Assembly: GCA_947177135.1 (NCBI GenBank)
Contig: CAMWTI010000001.1
Coordinates: 101-64,100 of the forward strand
Direction of reading: 5' to 3'
Origin: an uncultured Porphyromonadaceae bacterium
Lineage (GTDB): Bacteria > Bacteroidota > Bacteroidia > Bacteroidales > Muribaculaceae
Length of the DNA: 64,000 bases
Shown here: one piece after another, positions 9,903-17,390 of the stretch
Layout of the letters: the number at the start of each line of letters is the position of its first letter
How positions within the stretch are numbered: position 1 is the stretch's first letter
Translations under genes and position numbers: made by a program
Notes under the pieces: model-generated
What the model was told of the DNA's origin: nothing
The model's input: the letters and a program-made list of their open reading frames with translations, nothing else
The model's database searches: none

Positions 9903-10454
9903 ATGACACAGAACGAGATAGACCGCTTGAGCATTGAGAAGGCCAAGGCGCTTTTCGCCTCTGGCAAAGTGTATGAGATTGAGGTCGGCACTACTGCCGG
10001 ACTTCAAGCTATTCATCGCGCGCTGTTTGATGGACTTTATCCATTTGCAGGTGAAATACGCAAATTAAATATATCAAAAGGCGGTTTTCGTTTTGCCAAC
10101 TCTCTCTACCTTATACCGGCACTTGAAGCAATTGAAAAGATGCCGGAAACGACGTTTGAGGAAATCATTGCCAAGTACGTTGAGATGAACATAGCCCACC
10201 CATTTATGGAGGGAAACGGACGAGCTACCCGGATATGGCTCGACATGATGCTTCGCCGTGCGCTCGACAAAGTCGTTGACTGGCGTCAGATCACTCGCGA
10301 AGCCTATATGCAGGCCATGGAACGCTCCCCTATCAACGATCTTGAACTCCGCTTTCTCCTCCAAAACGCCCTCACCGCGGGAACCGACGACCGCGACATA
10401 ATTTTCCACGGCCTCGACCAATCCTACTACTACGAAGGCTACGAACCCGAATAA
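9903..10454 (+). CDS. fic: Fic-family protein adenylyltransferase (class III, C-terminal autoinhibitory helix)
   Basis: Fic active-site motif [12 protein letters not shown]. The C-terminal SYYYEG matches the inhibitory (S/T)xxxE(G/N) motif. The gene sits 20 nt after the four-helix-bundle gene. Confidence 0.9.
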   Translation: MTQNEIDRLSIEKAKALFASGKVYEIEVGTTAGLQAIHRALFDGLYPFAGEIRKLNISKGGFRFANSLYLIPALEAIEKMPETTFEEIIAKYVEMNIAHPFMEGNGRATRIWLDMMLRRALDKVVDWRQITREAYMQAMERSPINDLELRFLLQNALTAGTDDRDIIFHGLDQSYYYEGYEPE

Positions 10455-10532
10455 ACGGGCAATCAAAGCGAGTATTCACTTTGTTGACAAACGATTCCCA
10501 ACGGACCGATCTGATAATTGAAAAACAAAGAA

Positions 10533-10571
10533 ATAAGTGGCGATGGCCCTGATCAGAGGCCGAGCGCGGAG
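10533..10571. repeat. Left copy of a ~40-nt direct repeat (ATAAGTGGCGATGGCCCTGATCAGAGGCCGAGCGCGGAG)
   Basis: It aligns with 14037-14077, with one indel and two substitutions. Confidence 0.85.
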
Positions 10572-10579
10572 GCGGTGCC

Positions 10580-11089
10580 TCAACGCCCTCTATGAGAGAG
10601 CGAATTTTTCATCCGAATCTCAATACAGCTAAGTAGATATTTGATATTCTTCTCAGAAATATTAAATTGGCAAACCTTTGAACGTGGTACTCTCTTGATT
10701 TTGTAGCCAGCCAAAAACATACCGAGGATAAGCTCTCCATAAGATATGCCACTAACTCTGCCCCAGGTTTCCAAATTGACAACTTGTTCAATTAGGCCGC
10801 AAAGGACTAACGAGTTAAACTCTTTGTTATATTCCAGAACCTCCGGCTTTGGTTTCATAAATGTGCCGTAAAAACACCATCCGGCAGCATCCCTAACGAG
10901 AAACACTCGCTCAAAATCAAACTCGGAAGCATCCGGAACATTCTTTGAGCCGACAAATCCCATTGGAGTAAGGCCAAGCATTGCACTTTGTTTAAGCGCA
11001 TCTTCAATCGCTGATGACGCTTCTTCTTTCTCTCTGTACCAATCGTAGAATAACGAATCTTTGTCTTGTGGCAATTCTTTTATACCCAT
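10580..11089 (-). CDS. Hypothetical cytoplasmic protein, no recognisable family
   Basis: 169-aa ORF in AT-rich DNA with no signal peptide. It starts 4 nt after the stop of the hsdM relic. No motif was recognised. Confidence 0.45.
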   Translation of the reverse strand: MGIKELPQDKDSLFYDWYREKEEASSAIEDALKQSAMLGLTPMGFVGSKNVPDASEFDFERVFLVRDAAGWCFYGTFMKPKPEVLEYNKEFNSLVLCGLIEQVVNLETWGRVSGISYGELILGMFLAGYKIKRVPRSKVCQFNISEKNIKYLLSCIEIRMKNSLSHRGR

Positions 11090-11093
11090 AGTC

Positions 11094-11261
11094 TTATTTG
11101 TAGTAGATGTTGATGGTGATCACCCCTGCAAGTATATGTTTTTTGAAGATGACTTTTCCATAGGTCATCTGTTCGAGAATATCTATGAAATTTGATATGC
11201 CTCCCGTCCAGAAGGTATCCCAAATTTGGTCTATCTGATTTTTGATTTGTCCTGTAATCAT
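11094..11261 (-). pseudogene. hsdM: Relic of a type I restriction-modification methyltransferase gene (HsdM N-terminal ~35 codons, then unrelated sequence and a stop)
   Basis: The minus-strand translation is MITGQIKNQIDQIWDTFWTGGISNFIDILEQMTYGKVIFKK...*. It matches the conserved HsdM_N opening (..LK..ID.LWD.FWsGGIsnpl..IEQitYLLFl..) up to EQMTY and then diverges. It is 55 codons long, below the ORF-track cutoff. Confidence 0.7.
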
Positions 11262-11280
11262 AGCATTGCAGAATTAAGGA

Positions 11281-13470
11281 TTAGTAGCCGGGGTTCTGAG
11301 TCCAGCCGGGAGAGAGTGCGATTTGGTCTGATGGAATAGGCCAAAGATGCTGATAAGAAGCGTAGCCTCCGAGGTTGTTGCGCTTTTGGAAAGCGAAGTA
11401 TCGGGGAATGAAAAGCTGCTTGCGCAGAGTTTCAATGTCAGCGATGCCATTGCCGCTGACCGAGATATTCTTCGCTTTGGCTACCTGATTGATAAGAGAG
11501 GTAGCCTTTTCAGCATTGCCGGTGGCGATGTCGCACTCAGCCAAAAGCAGGAGAACGTCGGCATACGAATAATAGCTCATGGTATGACCCGGCATCACTT
11601 CATCGGGCACTTTCACGAAAAGAATAGTGCCGCTGTTGGCTTCATACTCGTTGCCCGACGAAAGCGAGTAACGGCGGCTATCGACAATTTCCTGAAGATA
11701 TGGCATAGCGTGAGACGGGTCGTTGAGAGCCATATACACGTTGGCTTTTGCCAAACGCCATACGTCCTTGGGCATATCGAAAGCATCGTCAGCAGTGAAG
11801 TTAGCATTCAGCTTACCCTCAGAGAAACAAGATGAAATTTCATCAAATTTGGTTTCGAGATAACGAAGCGTAGTGGAGGCAGACTGTTGAGCAGGTAAGG
11901 TATATTCATCCTGTGAAAGTTCAACGATACCGATGTTACCCCATTTGTCAACCATCTCAGTATATATCAATACATTCAGAAGTGTGAAGAATGGAATGGC
12001 ATCGGAATACCCTGCATTTGTCAGGGATTTTATGACTTGCTTATTCATCGATAATGCGCCATAAGCAGCATTAAATGCTTGCCTGTCGTAATTGTCATAT
12101 ACAGCCATAGGGCACTGAACATCGTAAAACTTATACATTCCGGTATATCCACGTTCAACGTAATACATCCATGAGAGCGATGAAACCAATTTTGCAAAAG
12201 AGGCTGATACAATCGCTTTACCTTGTTCGCCAAGTTCGGGTTTGGAGTCGGAAGGGGTGCGTGGCTTAGCTTCAAGGGAAACGGGTATAGAGACGCGCAC
12301 GTCTCCCATTTGGTCATATAAAACTACGGTTGCCGTTTGTTTTGTATGACGTTCTGACTTGGGAACGGAAATAGTAAGAGTTCCGTTTTCGTAAGTAGAA
12401 GTTACAGATATGGCAGCCCCTTCGGGATCATTGTCTTTATAGAATCCTTGCGTAAATGAATCTTCGACGTAGGAATCGCCGGGGGTAATGTCCAAATATC
12501 CGTCATGGTCTTTGGGGTTCTCCAAGGAGAGAACTACATTGGAAGTAACTGTAATTTCAGCGGTTCCACCGTTGCAGTCAAATTCTACGCTTTCGCGAGA
12601 AAGTGATATCTGGGGATTGTCGTTAATCTCATTCCCGGCTATACCGTCGCCATTCCAATCATAGAAATAGCGGAGGTCAGGAACTTCGACAGCCTGACCT
12701 AATTCCAAATACCTCGCTTTGATGTTAGAAGTTAAGAAATCGAGATTGTTGCGGAAGTATGCTCTGTCGATTGCTATGGACTTAGTGTTTTCGTCAGAAA
12801 AAGAGCCATCGTCTGCAAGGTCTTGCGAGAGCGTTGACAGGTACTGTGTGATTTCTGCGTCCGAGCGTTTGTTGAGGATAAGAGAAGAAATAGCAATAAG
12901 AACACCTGAGCCATCCGTACCGGCCGAGATAGACATGGATTCAGCGGGCGTTGATTCGTAAGCCTGCAAGCCAAACTGAGTGAGCAGTTCGTTTTGGGCT
13001 TGCTTGTCAGCCTCGGCAAAGGTTTTGCTCCCTTGCATAAGGTTCTGAACACGCGCTGACTTGAGGTGCGTGAGGATATTGACATTGACGGTGGTTCTGT
13101 CCGAAAGGTCAGCGAGAGCGATAAGATGAAGCTGACCGGTGGAGAGGTCGCCGCTAACCTCGTTGAAATAGTAGCCATCGGTTACGATGCGGACAAATTG
13201 CGATGCAAGTTCTATCTGTCCGAGGTCAAAAGATCCGGCGTCGTCGCGAATCTCTCCGTTGAACACGGTGCCGATGGCAGTCATCTTCTCATTGAGCGGT
13301 TGAACGCTGATAGACGAACCTCGGACAAACGGGCCTTTTTCGACCTTGCCCGAAAGTTGATATTTGCCCGATTGAGGCTTTTCACCACCTCCGGGTTCAT
13401 CTTCTTTGTCGGAGCAGCCAGTCAATGCGACAGCAGCAAGGACAGGACAGAGTATATGTTTTAAGTTCAT
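11281..13470 (-). CDS. Chimeric surface lipoprotein: N-terminal extension + BACON-like domain + SusD/RagB-like C-terminal region; no adjacent SusC/TonB-dependent partner
   Basis: Lipoprotein signal MNLKHILCPVLAAVALTGC (start taken at this Met). There is a BACON-like segment (SLSRESVEFDCNGGTAEITVTSNV ... TATVVLYD). The C-terminus FAFQKRNNLGG...HLWPIPSDQIALSPGWTQNPGY is typical of SusD-family ends. Confidence 0.6.
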   Translation of the reverse strand: MNLKHILCPVLAAVALTGCSDKEDEPGGGEKPQSGKYQLSGKVEKGPFVRGSSISVQPLNEKMTAIGTVFNGEIRDDAGSFDLGQIELASQFVRIVTDGYYFNEVSGDLSTGQLHLIALADLSDRTTVNVNILTHLKSARVQNLMQGSKTFAEADKQAQNELLTQFGLQAYESTPAESMSISAGTDGSGVLIAISSLILNKRSDAEITQYLSTLSQDLADDGSFSDENTKSIAIDRAYFRNNLDFLTSNIKARYLELGQAVEVPDLRYFYDWNGDGIAGNEINDNPQISLSRESVEFDCNGGTAEITVTSNVVLSLENPKDHDGYLDITPGDSYVEDSFTQGFYKDNDPEGAAISVTSTYENGTLTISVPKSERHTKQTATVVLYDQMGDVRVSIPVSLEAKPRTPSDSKPELGEQGKAIVSASFAKLVSSLSWMYYVERGYTGMYKFYDVQCPMAVYDNYDRQAFNAAYGALSMNKQVIKSLTNAGYSDAIPFFTLLNVLIYTEMVDKWGNIGIVELSQDEYTLPAQQSASTTLRYLETKFDEISSCFSEGKLNANFTADDAFDMPKDVWRLAKANVYMALNDPSHAMPYLQEIVDSRRYSLSSGNEYEANSGTILFVKVPDEVMPGHTMSYYSYADVLLLLAECDIATGNAEKATSLINQVAKAKNISVSGNGIADIETLRKQLFIPRYFAFQKRNNLGGYASYQHLWPIPSDQIALSPGWTQNPGY

Positions 13471-13600
13471 CTCTGTAATAGCAGAAACTCCCGCGAATAG
13501 CTCTGACATGCGACCAAACCTTGCGACTATTCGGGGAGTTCCCGTATATGTTGTGATAATGAGTTATCTTATGCGGTCATTGTCAGAAGTTAAAGATATG

Positions 13601-13608
13601 CAAAGTTA
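13601..13608 (-). promoter_or_regulatory. Bacteroidota -7 promoter box (TAACTTTG on minus strand) upstream of the SusD-like gene
   Basis: Matches TAnnTTTG about 130 nt upstream of the start at 13470. Confidence 0.45.
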
Positions 13609-13937
13609 ACGCTTTTTTCACAAATTTCTGTTATCAAGAGCAGTATTTCAACGAAGTTGAAGCCGTGAACAACTAAACATTGATGGGTGCAAAATTCGAG
13701 CACTCCAATGTGAAATTGTTTTTTCAAAGTGAGGATTTACTGCATCGATTATCTTAGCCTCGCGGTCGGCTCTGGTCGTGTACTGACTTTCGTACATGAT
13801 ACCAAGCTCAGAAGCCTGTGTGCAAACTCTCTTTAGCCGAGTTATGGAGAACTGAACTATTGCCCCAACAGCCTTTTCTCAATTAATCACTCTTTAAAGA
13901 CTTTGATGTCATTAATATCCTTAAATCACCTGCAATC

Positions 13938-14048
13938 ATGAACGAGCTTATTCCTCGCCGAAGCAACTTGAAAAGTTATCTCATGATTTTCTTAATAATG
14001 GCGGATTTTCAGAGATGATGTCAAAAACGCATCGCGATAAGCGTGGCG
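13938..14048 (+). pseudogene. Internally deleted paralog of the four-helix-bundle gene
   Basis: The 5' end ATGAACGAGCTTATTCCTCGCCGAAGCAAC... (MNELIPRRSN) parallels [10 protein letters not shown] of the intact gene. It is joined out of frame to a 3' piece (..LNNGGFSEMMSKTHRDKRG) that parallels [19 protein letters not shown]. The same CTTTAAAGAC / CCTTAA word pattern lies upstream as at 9270-9330. Confidence 0.75.
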
Positions 14049-14077
14049 ATGTCCCTGATCAGAGGCCAAGCGCGGAG
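14037..14077. repeat. Right copy of the ~40-nt direct repeat (ATAAGCGTGGCGATGTCCCTGATCAGAGGCCAAGCGCGGAG)
   Basis: It aligns with 10533-10571. It spans the tail of the four-helix-bundle relic plus the stop and last six codons of the ATPase gene on the other strand. Confidence 0.85.
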
Positions 14078-15621
14078 CGTATGGCAGAGCGAAGGCGCGC
14101 GGCGTGCGATCCGTCGGCCTTCAGCAGATTGAGTATGGCCGTGATATAACTCTGCTTGTCGCCGCAGCCGGTCAGTGACGACACGTTGCTCTGCGGAAGC
14201 ATCGACTTCTGATTATAAACCCTGAGCACCGACGCATAGTCGTCGGCATCGAGATATCCGTGAAACTCGCGGCAAAAATTTTCATAGGTGGCACGCGGAT
14301 TTATAAAGTCCACCAGATCGGCAAGATGATCTTCCAGCCTGCTAATGTTGGCAAACCGTCCGTCGATGCGATGCTCGACAGTGTGCTTGACAACGTGGCG
14401 GGTATGAAGCAGCGCCTGCTGACGCAGGTCGGCCTTGAACATGGCCATAACAGCCGCCTTGGTTTTGGCGAAAGCGCGCTCTTCGTCACGGCGGTTGGCG
14501 GCGGCCACAGTCTTGACCACCTCCTCGAGCATAAGCAGATTTTCAATCTCAGCCACCTCCGGCACCATCACGCGTTTGCGCCTGAGATATTCGACCTCCT
14601 GGGCCGAGCGGCGGTCACGGTCGACGATGCCGCAACTGTCAAGATGATGAAACGCGCCAAGCGAATTAAACACCCTGACCGACTCGATCACGCGATCGCA
14701 CGACCCGAGCGCCTTGACCGTATATTCCGGAAAAATAAGCGGATAAAGCTTTGCGTCGATCGAACGAGTGTCGTCACCTTCAATAAACATTACCGGACGC
14801 CGCGATCCGAGAATGGTCATATACAGTTCTTCGCTCAACTGTGTGTCGGGCGGCAACAGATCATAGTCATAGGCCGAGCCGTCGGGCGAACAGCCTCTCA
14901 CCCAGACTGTAGTGGCAGCCGAGCGAGTGGAAGCGAAATCAAGATCATGGGTGGCGTAGATGAACCGGCAGTCCGGACGAAGCGCCTCCACCCGGTCCCA
15001 GACAAGACGCATGGTCGACGGATGGAGGAACATTCCGGGAGAATCAACGGGAATTATGGCTTCGGCAGGAGCATGAAGAACAGCGCCGAGATAATAGAGC
15101 ACAAGCTTCTCGCCGGCCGAGAGCTTCATGCGGGGACGTGAAGCACCCGAACGGTCTGTGAAAAGTAGCTCTCCGCCACTGCGCAACACTCCATTATCTG
15201 GAAATATCTCCTGCCACATAGCCAGCACCCGGTCGATCATGGTTTCAGGCATGTCGCCCTTACCGCCGCATTCAACCTTGAATTTGAGCAGATTGACCAC
15301 TTCTTCCGAGATCATCAGGGCCACAAGTCGTTCAAACTGGGTGGCCGGCGCGGTCCATCCGCCTCCATGGAGCAGCGGAGACTCGGCCATGGCGAGGGCA
15401 AACTGTCCGTCGAGCGATGCAGGAGAGGCATCACGGTCAAACGCGCCGAACAGAGCCTTCAGCGGCGACAGCGGAAAAACTTTGGACTGATCGGCGTCGG
15501 CGAGCAGCCTGTCAACAAACCGGGACTTGCCGGAACCGTTGGCACCTATCACAAGGAGCTGACCGGCAGAACCGGGCAGAACCGGGGCGGGTTTACCGTC
15601 CAGACGAGGAGGCAGGAGCAT
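14059..15621 (-). CDS. ABC-type ATPase fused to a DUF4435/Toprim-like domain (OLD-family-like architecture)
   Basis: Walker A GANGSGKS, signature-like LSAGEK, Walker B IIPVDSPGMFLHP, and H-loop ATHD. The C-terminal half has VMFIEGDDTRSID ... CGIVDRDRR, which is the Toprim-like E...DxD pattern of DUF4435. Confidence 0.7.
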   Translation of the reverse strand: MLLPPRLDGKPAPVLPGSAGQLLVIGANGSGKSRFVDRLLADADQSKVFPLSPLKALFGAFDRDASPASLDGQFALAMAESPLLHGGGWTAPATQFERLVALMISEEVVNLLKFKVECGGKGDMPETMIDRVLAMWQEIFPDNGVLRSGGELLFTDRSGASRPRMKLSAGEKLVLYYLGAVLHAPAEAIIPVDSPGMFLHPSTMRLVWDRVEALRPDCRFIYATHDLDFASTRSAATTVWVRGCSPDGSAYDYDLLPPDTQLSEELYMTILGSRRPVMFIEGDDTRSIDAKLYPLIFPEYTVKALGSCDRVIESVRVFNSLGAFHHLDSCGIVDRDRRSAQEVEYLRRKRVMVPEVAEIENLLMLEEVVKTVAAANRRDEERAFAKTKAAVMAMFKADLRQQALLHTRHVVKHTVEHRIDGRFANISRLEDHLADLVDFINPRATYENFCREFHGYLDADDYASVLRVYNQKSMLPQSNVSSLTGCGDKQSYITAILNLLKADGSHAARLRSAIRSALGL

Positions 15622-15648
15622 ATTTTTTATTACTTTTACAAAATGTTA

Positions 15649-16254
15649 TCAGCGGCCGGAGAGCCGGGCCACGTATTTGCCGATGATGTCAAATTCAAGA
15701 TTGACGACCGATCCTTCTTCTATGCAATGGAAGTTGGTATGTTCGAGCGTATAGGGGATAATGGCCACGCGAAACGACCGGTCGGTCGAATCACACACGG
15801 TCAGGCTCACGCCATTGACCGTCACCGAGCCTTTCTCGACCGTGAAATAGCCCTTGGCAGCCAATTGCGGATCCACATCATATTCAAAGCTGAAATAGAT
15901 GCTGCCGTCCATCACCTCGCGGGCGGTGCATCGGGCGGTGCAGTCAACGTGGCCCTGCACGATGTGGCCGTCAAGACGACCGTTCATCAGCATCGATCGC
16001 TCCAGATTCACTTCGTCGCCGGCTTTGAGCAGGCCGAGATTGGAGCGACTCAGAGTCTCCTCCACCGCAGTCACCCGGTAGACCGACTGCGCCTTGTCTA
16101 TATCCACTACAGTCAGACACACGCCATTGTGGGCCACTGACTGATCAATTTTCAATTCGGGAGCCATAGCGGCTTGCATGATCAGGTCGACGTTTCCGCC
16201 ATTACGCTCCACGGCCACCACGCGGGCGGCCTCTTCTACTATTCCGGAAAACAT
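15649..16254 (-). CDS. ribE: Riboflavin synthase
   Basis: MFSGIVEE... and the duplicated lumazine-binding repeats (VAHNGVCLTV, TVNGVSLTV). The start overlaps the manA stop by 1 nt. Confidence 0.9.
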   Translation of the reverse strand: MFSGIVEEAARVVAVERNGGNVDLIMQAAMAPELKIDQSVAHNGVCLTVVDIDKAQSVYRVTAVEETLSRSNLGLLKAGDEVNLERSMLMNGRLDGHIVQGHVDCTARCTAREVMDGSIYFSFEYDVDPQLAAKGYFTVEKGSVTVNGVSLTVCDSTDRSFRVAIIPYTLEHTNFHCIEEGSVVNLEFDIIGKYVARLSGR

Positions 16255-17192
16255 CAGCACACAGCAGTCAGAAATCTTACACCTTCATTTCCAGGAAGAA
16301 CCGTCGCGCGGCCATGATCGGCGCTGAGCAACAGCGTTGTGCCGGCAGGAGCATCGACACCGTCGACTGTGGCTCCGCCTTCCAGAACCATCACCACCGT
16401 GAACGACCCTTCGGTCGGCTCGACAGCCACAGGTTCCGTGGCGTGACAGTGGCGGGTAGTGAAATACGGACAGCTCACGATCGGCGTCACGGCATCGGCC
16501 GGATCATAAGCAGTGCGGTAGTCTGGCAGAATCGTGTCGAAGTCAATCGCCTCGCGGGCCTCGGCTATGTGAAGCTGACGCGGACGTCCGAAGTCATAGA
16601 TGCGATAAGTGATGTCGCTCGTCTGCTGAATCTCGGCTATGAAGCAGCCGGCGCCGATGCTGTGCACTCTGCCGGCGGGAAGGAAAAACACGTCACCCGG
16701 CTTCACACGATAGAGCGCAAGCATATCTTCCAGGCCCGCAGTACCTTCCACTTCCAGATATTTCTCTTTCGTGGATCCTTCGACCAGACCGGCGCGCAGA
16801 GTGGCGTCATCGGCAGCAGAGATCACATACCACATCTCGGTCTTGCCCATCGATCCGGGACCATGCAGACGCTCTGCGGTCTCGTCGTCAGGATGCACCT
16901 GCACCGACAAGTCGGCACGGGCGTCGATAAACTTAATCAACAGCGGAAACACTCCGCCGAACTGTTCGGCCACACGCTTGCCCAGCAAAGCCTCGCCATG
17001 GCGCTCTATCAGCTGCGGCAGAGTCAGTCCGGCCTCAGGGCCTTCGGCCACAACGGATTCCATGCCTTTGACGGCACTGATCTCCCAACTTTCGCCCATC
17101 GGCTCCCCGGCGGCGGGCAGGTGCTTGAATTCGGTGAGTTTGCTGCCGCCCCACACCGTGGGCTTGAGCAGCGGTTCAAACTTATAAATCAT
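16254..17192 (-). CDS. manA: Mannose-6-phosphate isomerase, class I
   Basis: Motifs GESWEIS, SVQVHPDD, KTEMWYV and EIQQTSDITYRIYD. The start is taken at MIYKFEPLL (ATG at 17192). The longer ORF-track N-terminus runs over the predicted promoter at 17226-17233. Confidence 0.85.
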   Translation of the reverse strand: MIYKFEPLLKPTVWGGSKLTEFKHLPAAGEPMGESWEISAVKGMESVVAEGPEAGLTLPQLIERHGEALLGKRVAEQFGGVFPLLIKFIDARADLSVQVHPDDETAERLHGPGSMGKTEMWYVISAADDATLRAGLVEGSTKEKYLEVEGTAGLEDMLALYRVKPGDVFFLPAGRVHSIGAGCFIAEIQQTSDITYRIYDFGRPRQLHIAEAREAIDFDTILPDYRTAYDPADAVTPIVSCPYFTTRHCHATEPVAVEPTEGSFTVVMVLEGGATVDGVDAPAGTTLLLSADHGRATVLPGNEGVRFLTAVC

Positions 17193-17225
17193 AATGTTGA
17201 ATCTTGCTTGTTTTTTCCAATGCCA

Positions 17226-17233
17226 CAAATTTA
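17226..17233 (-). promoter_or_regulatory. Bacteroidota -7 promoter box (TAAATTTG on minus strand) upstream of manA
   Basis: Matches TAnnTTTG about 34 nt upstream of the ATG at 17192. Confidence 0.5.
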
Positions 17234-17351
17234 CACATTTTTTCGGAATCAGCGCCAACCAGACCCGCTCCATGAAGCGGCACGGCATATTAATGTACGT
17301 TAAATTTAACACCACCCAATCCGTTTTTTACTGCAATAACGAAAAAATGAG

Positions 17352-17359
17352 TAATTTTG
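17352..17359 (+). promoter_or_regulatory. Bacteroidota -7 promoter box (TAATTTTG) upstream of the RSH gene
   Basis: Matches TAnnTTTG 32 nt upstream of the ATG at 17391. Confidence 0.5.
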
Positions 17360-17390
17360 CATTTCATCATAATCAAACGACTTTTATGCT

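Noticed and set aside
13610-13937. Small ORF of ~49 codons on the minus strand (MYESQYTTRADREAKIID...) and the surrounding ~330 nt without annotation
   Set aside because: No family was recognised and no promoter or start context is present. It is probably debris of deleted genes within the island, and is noted only as unexplained sequence.
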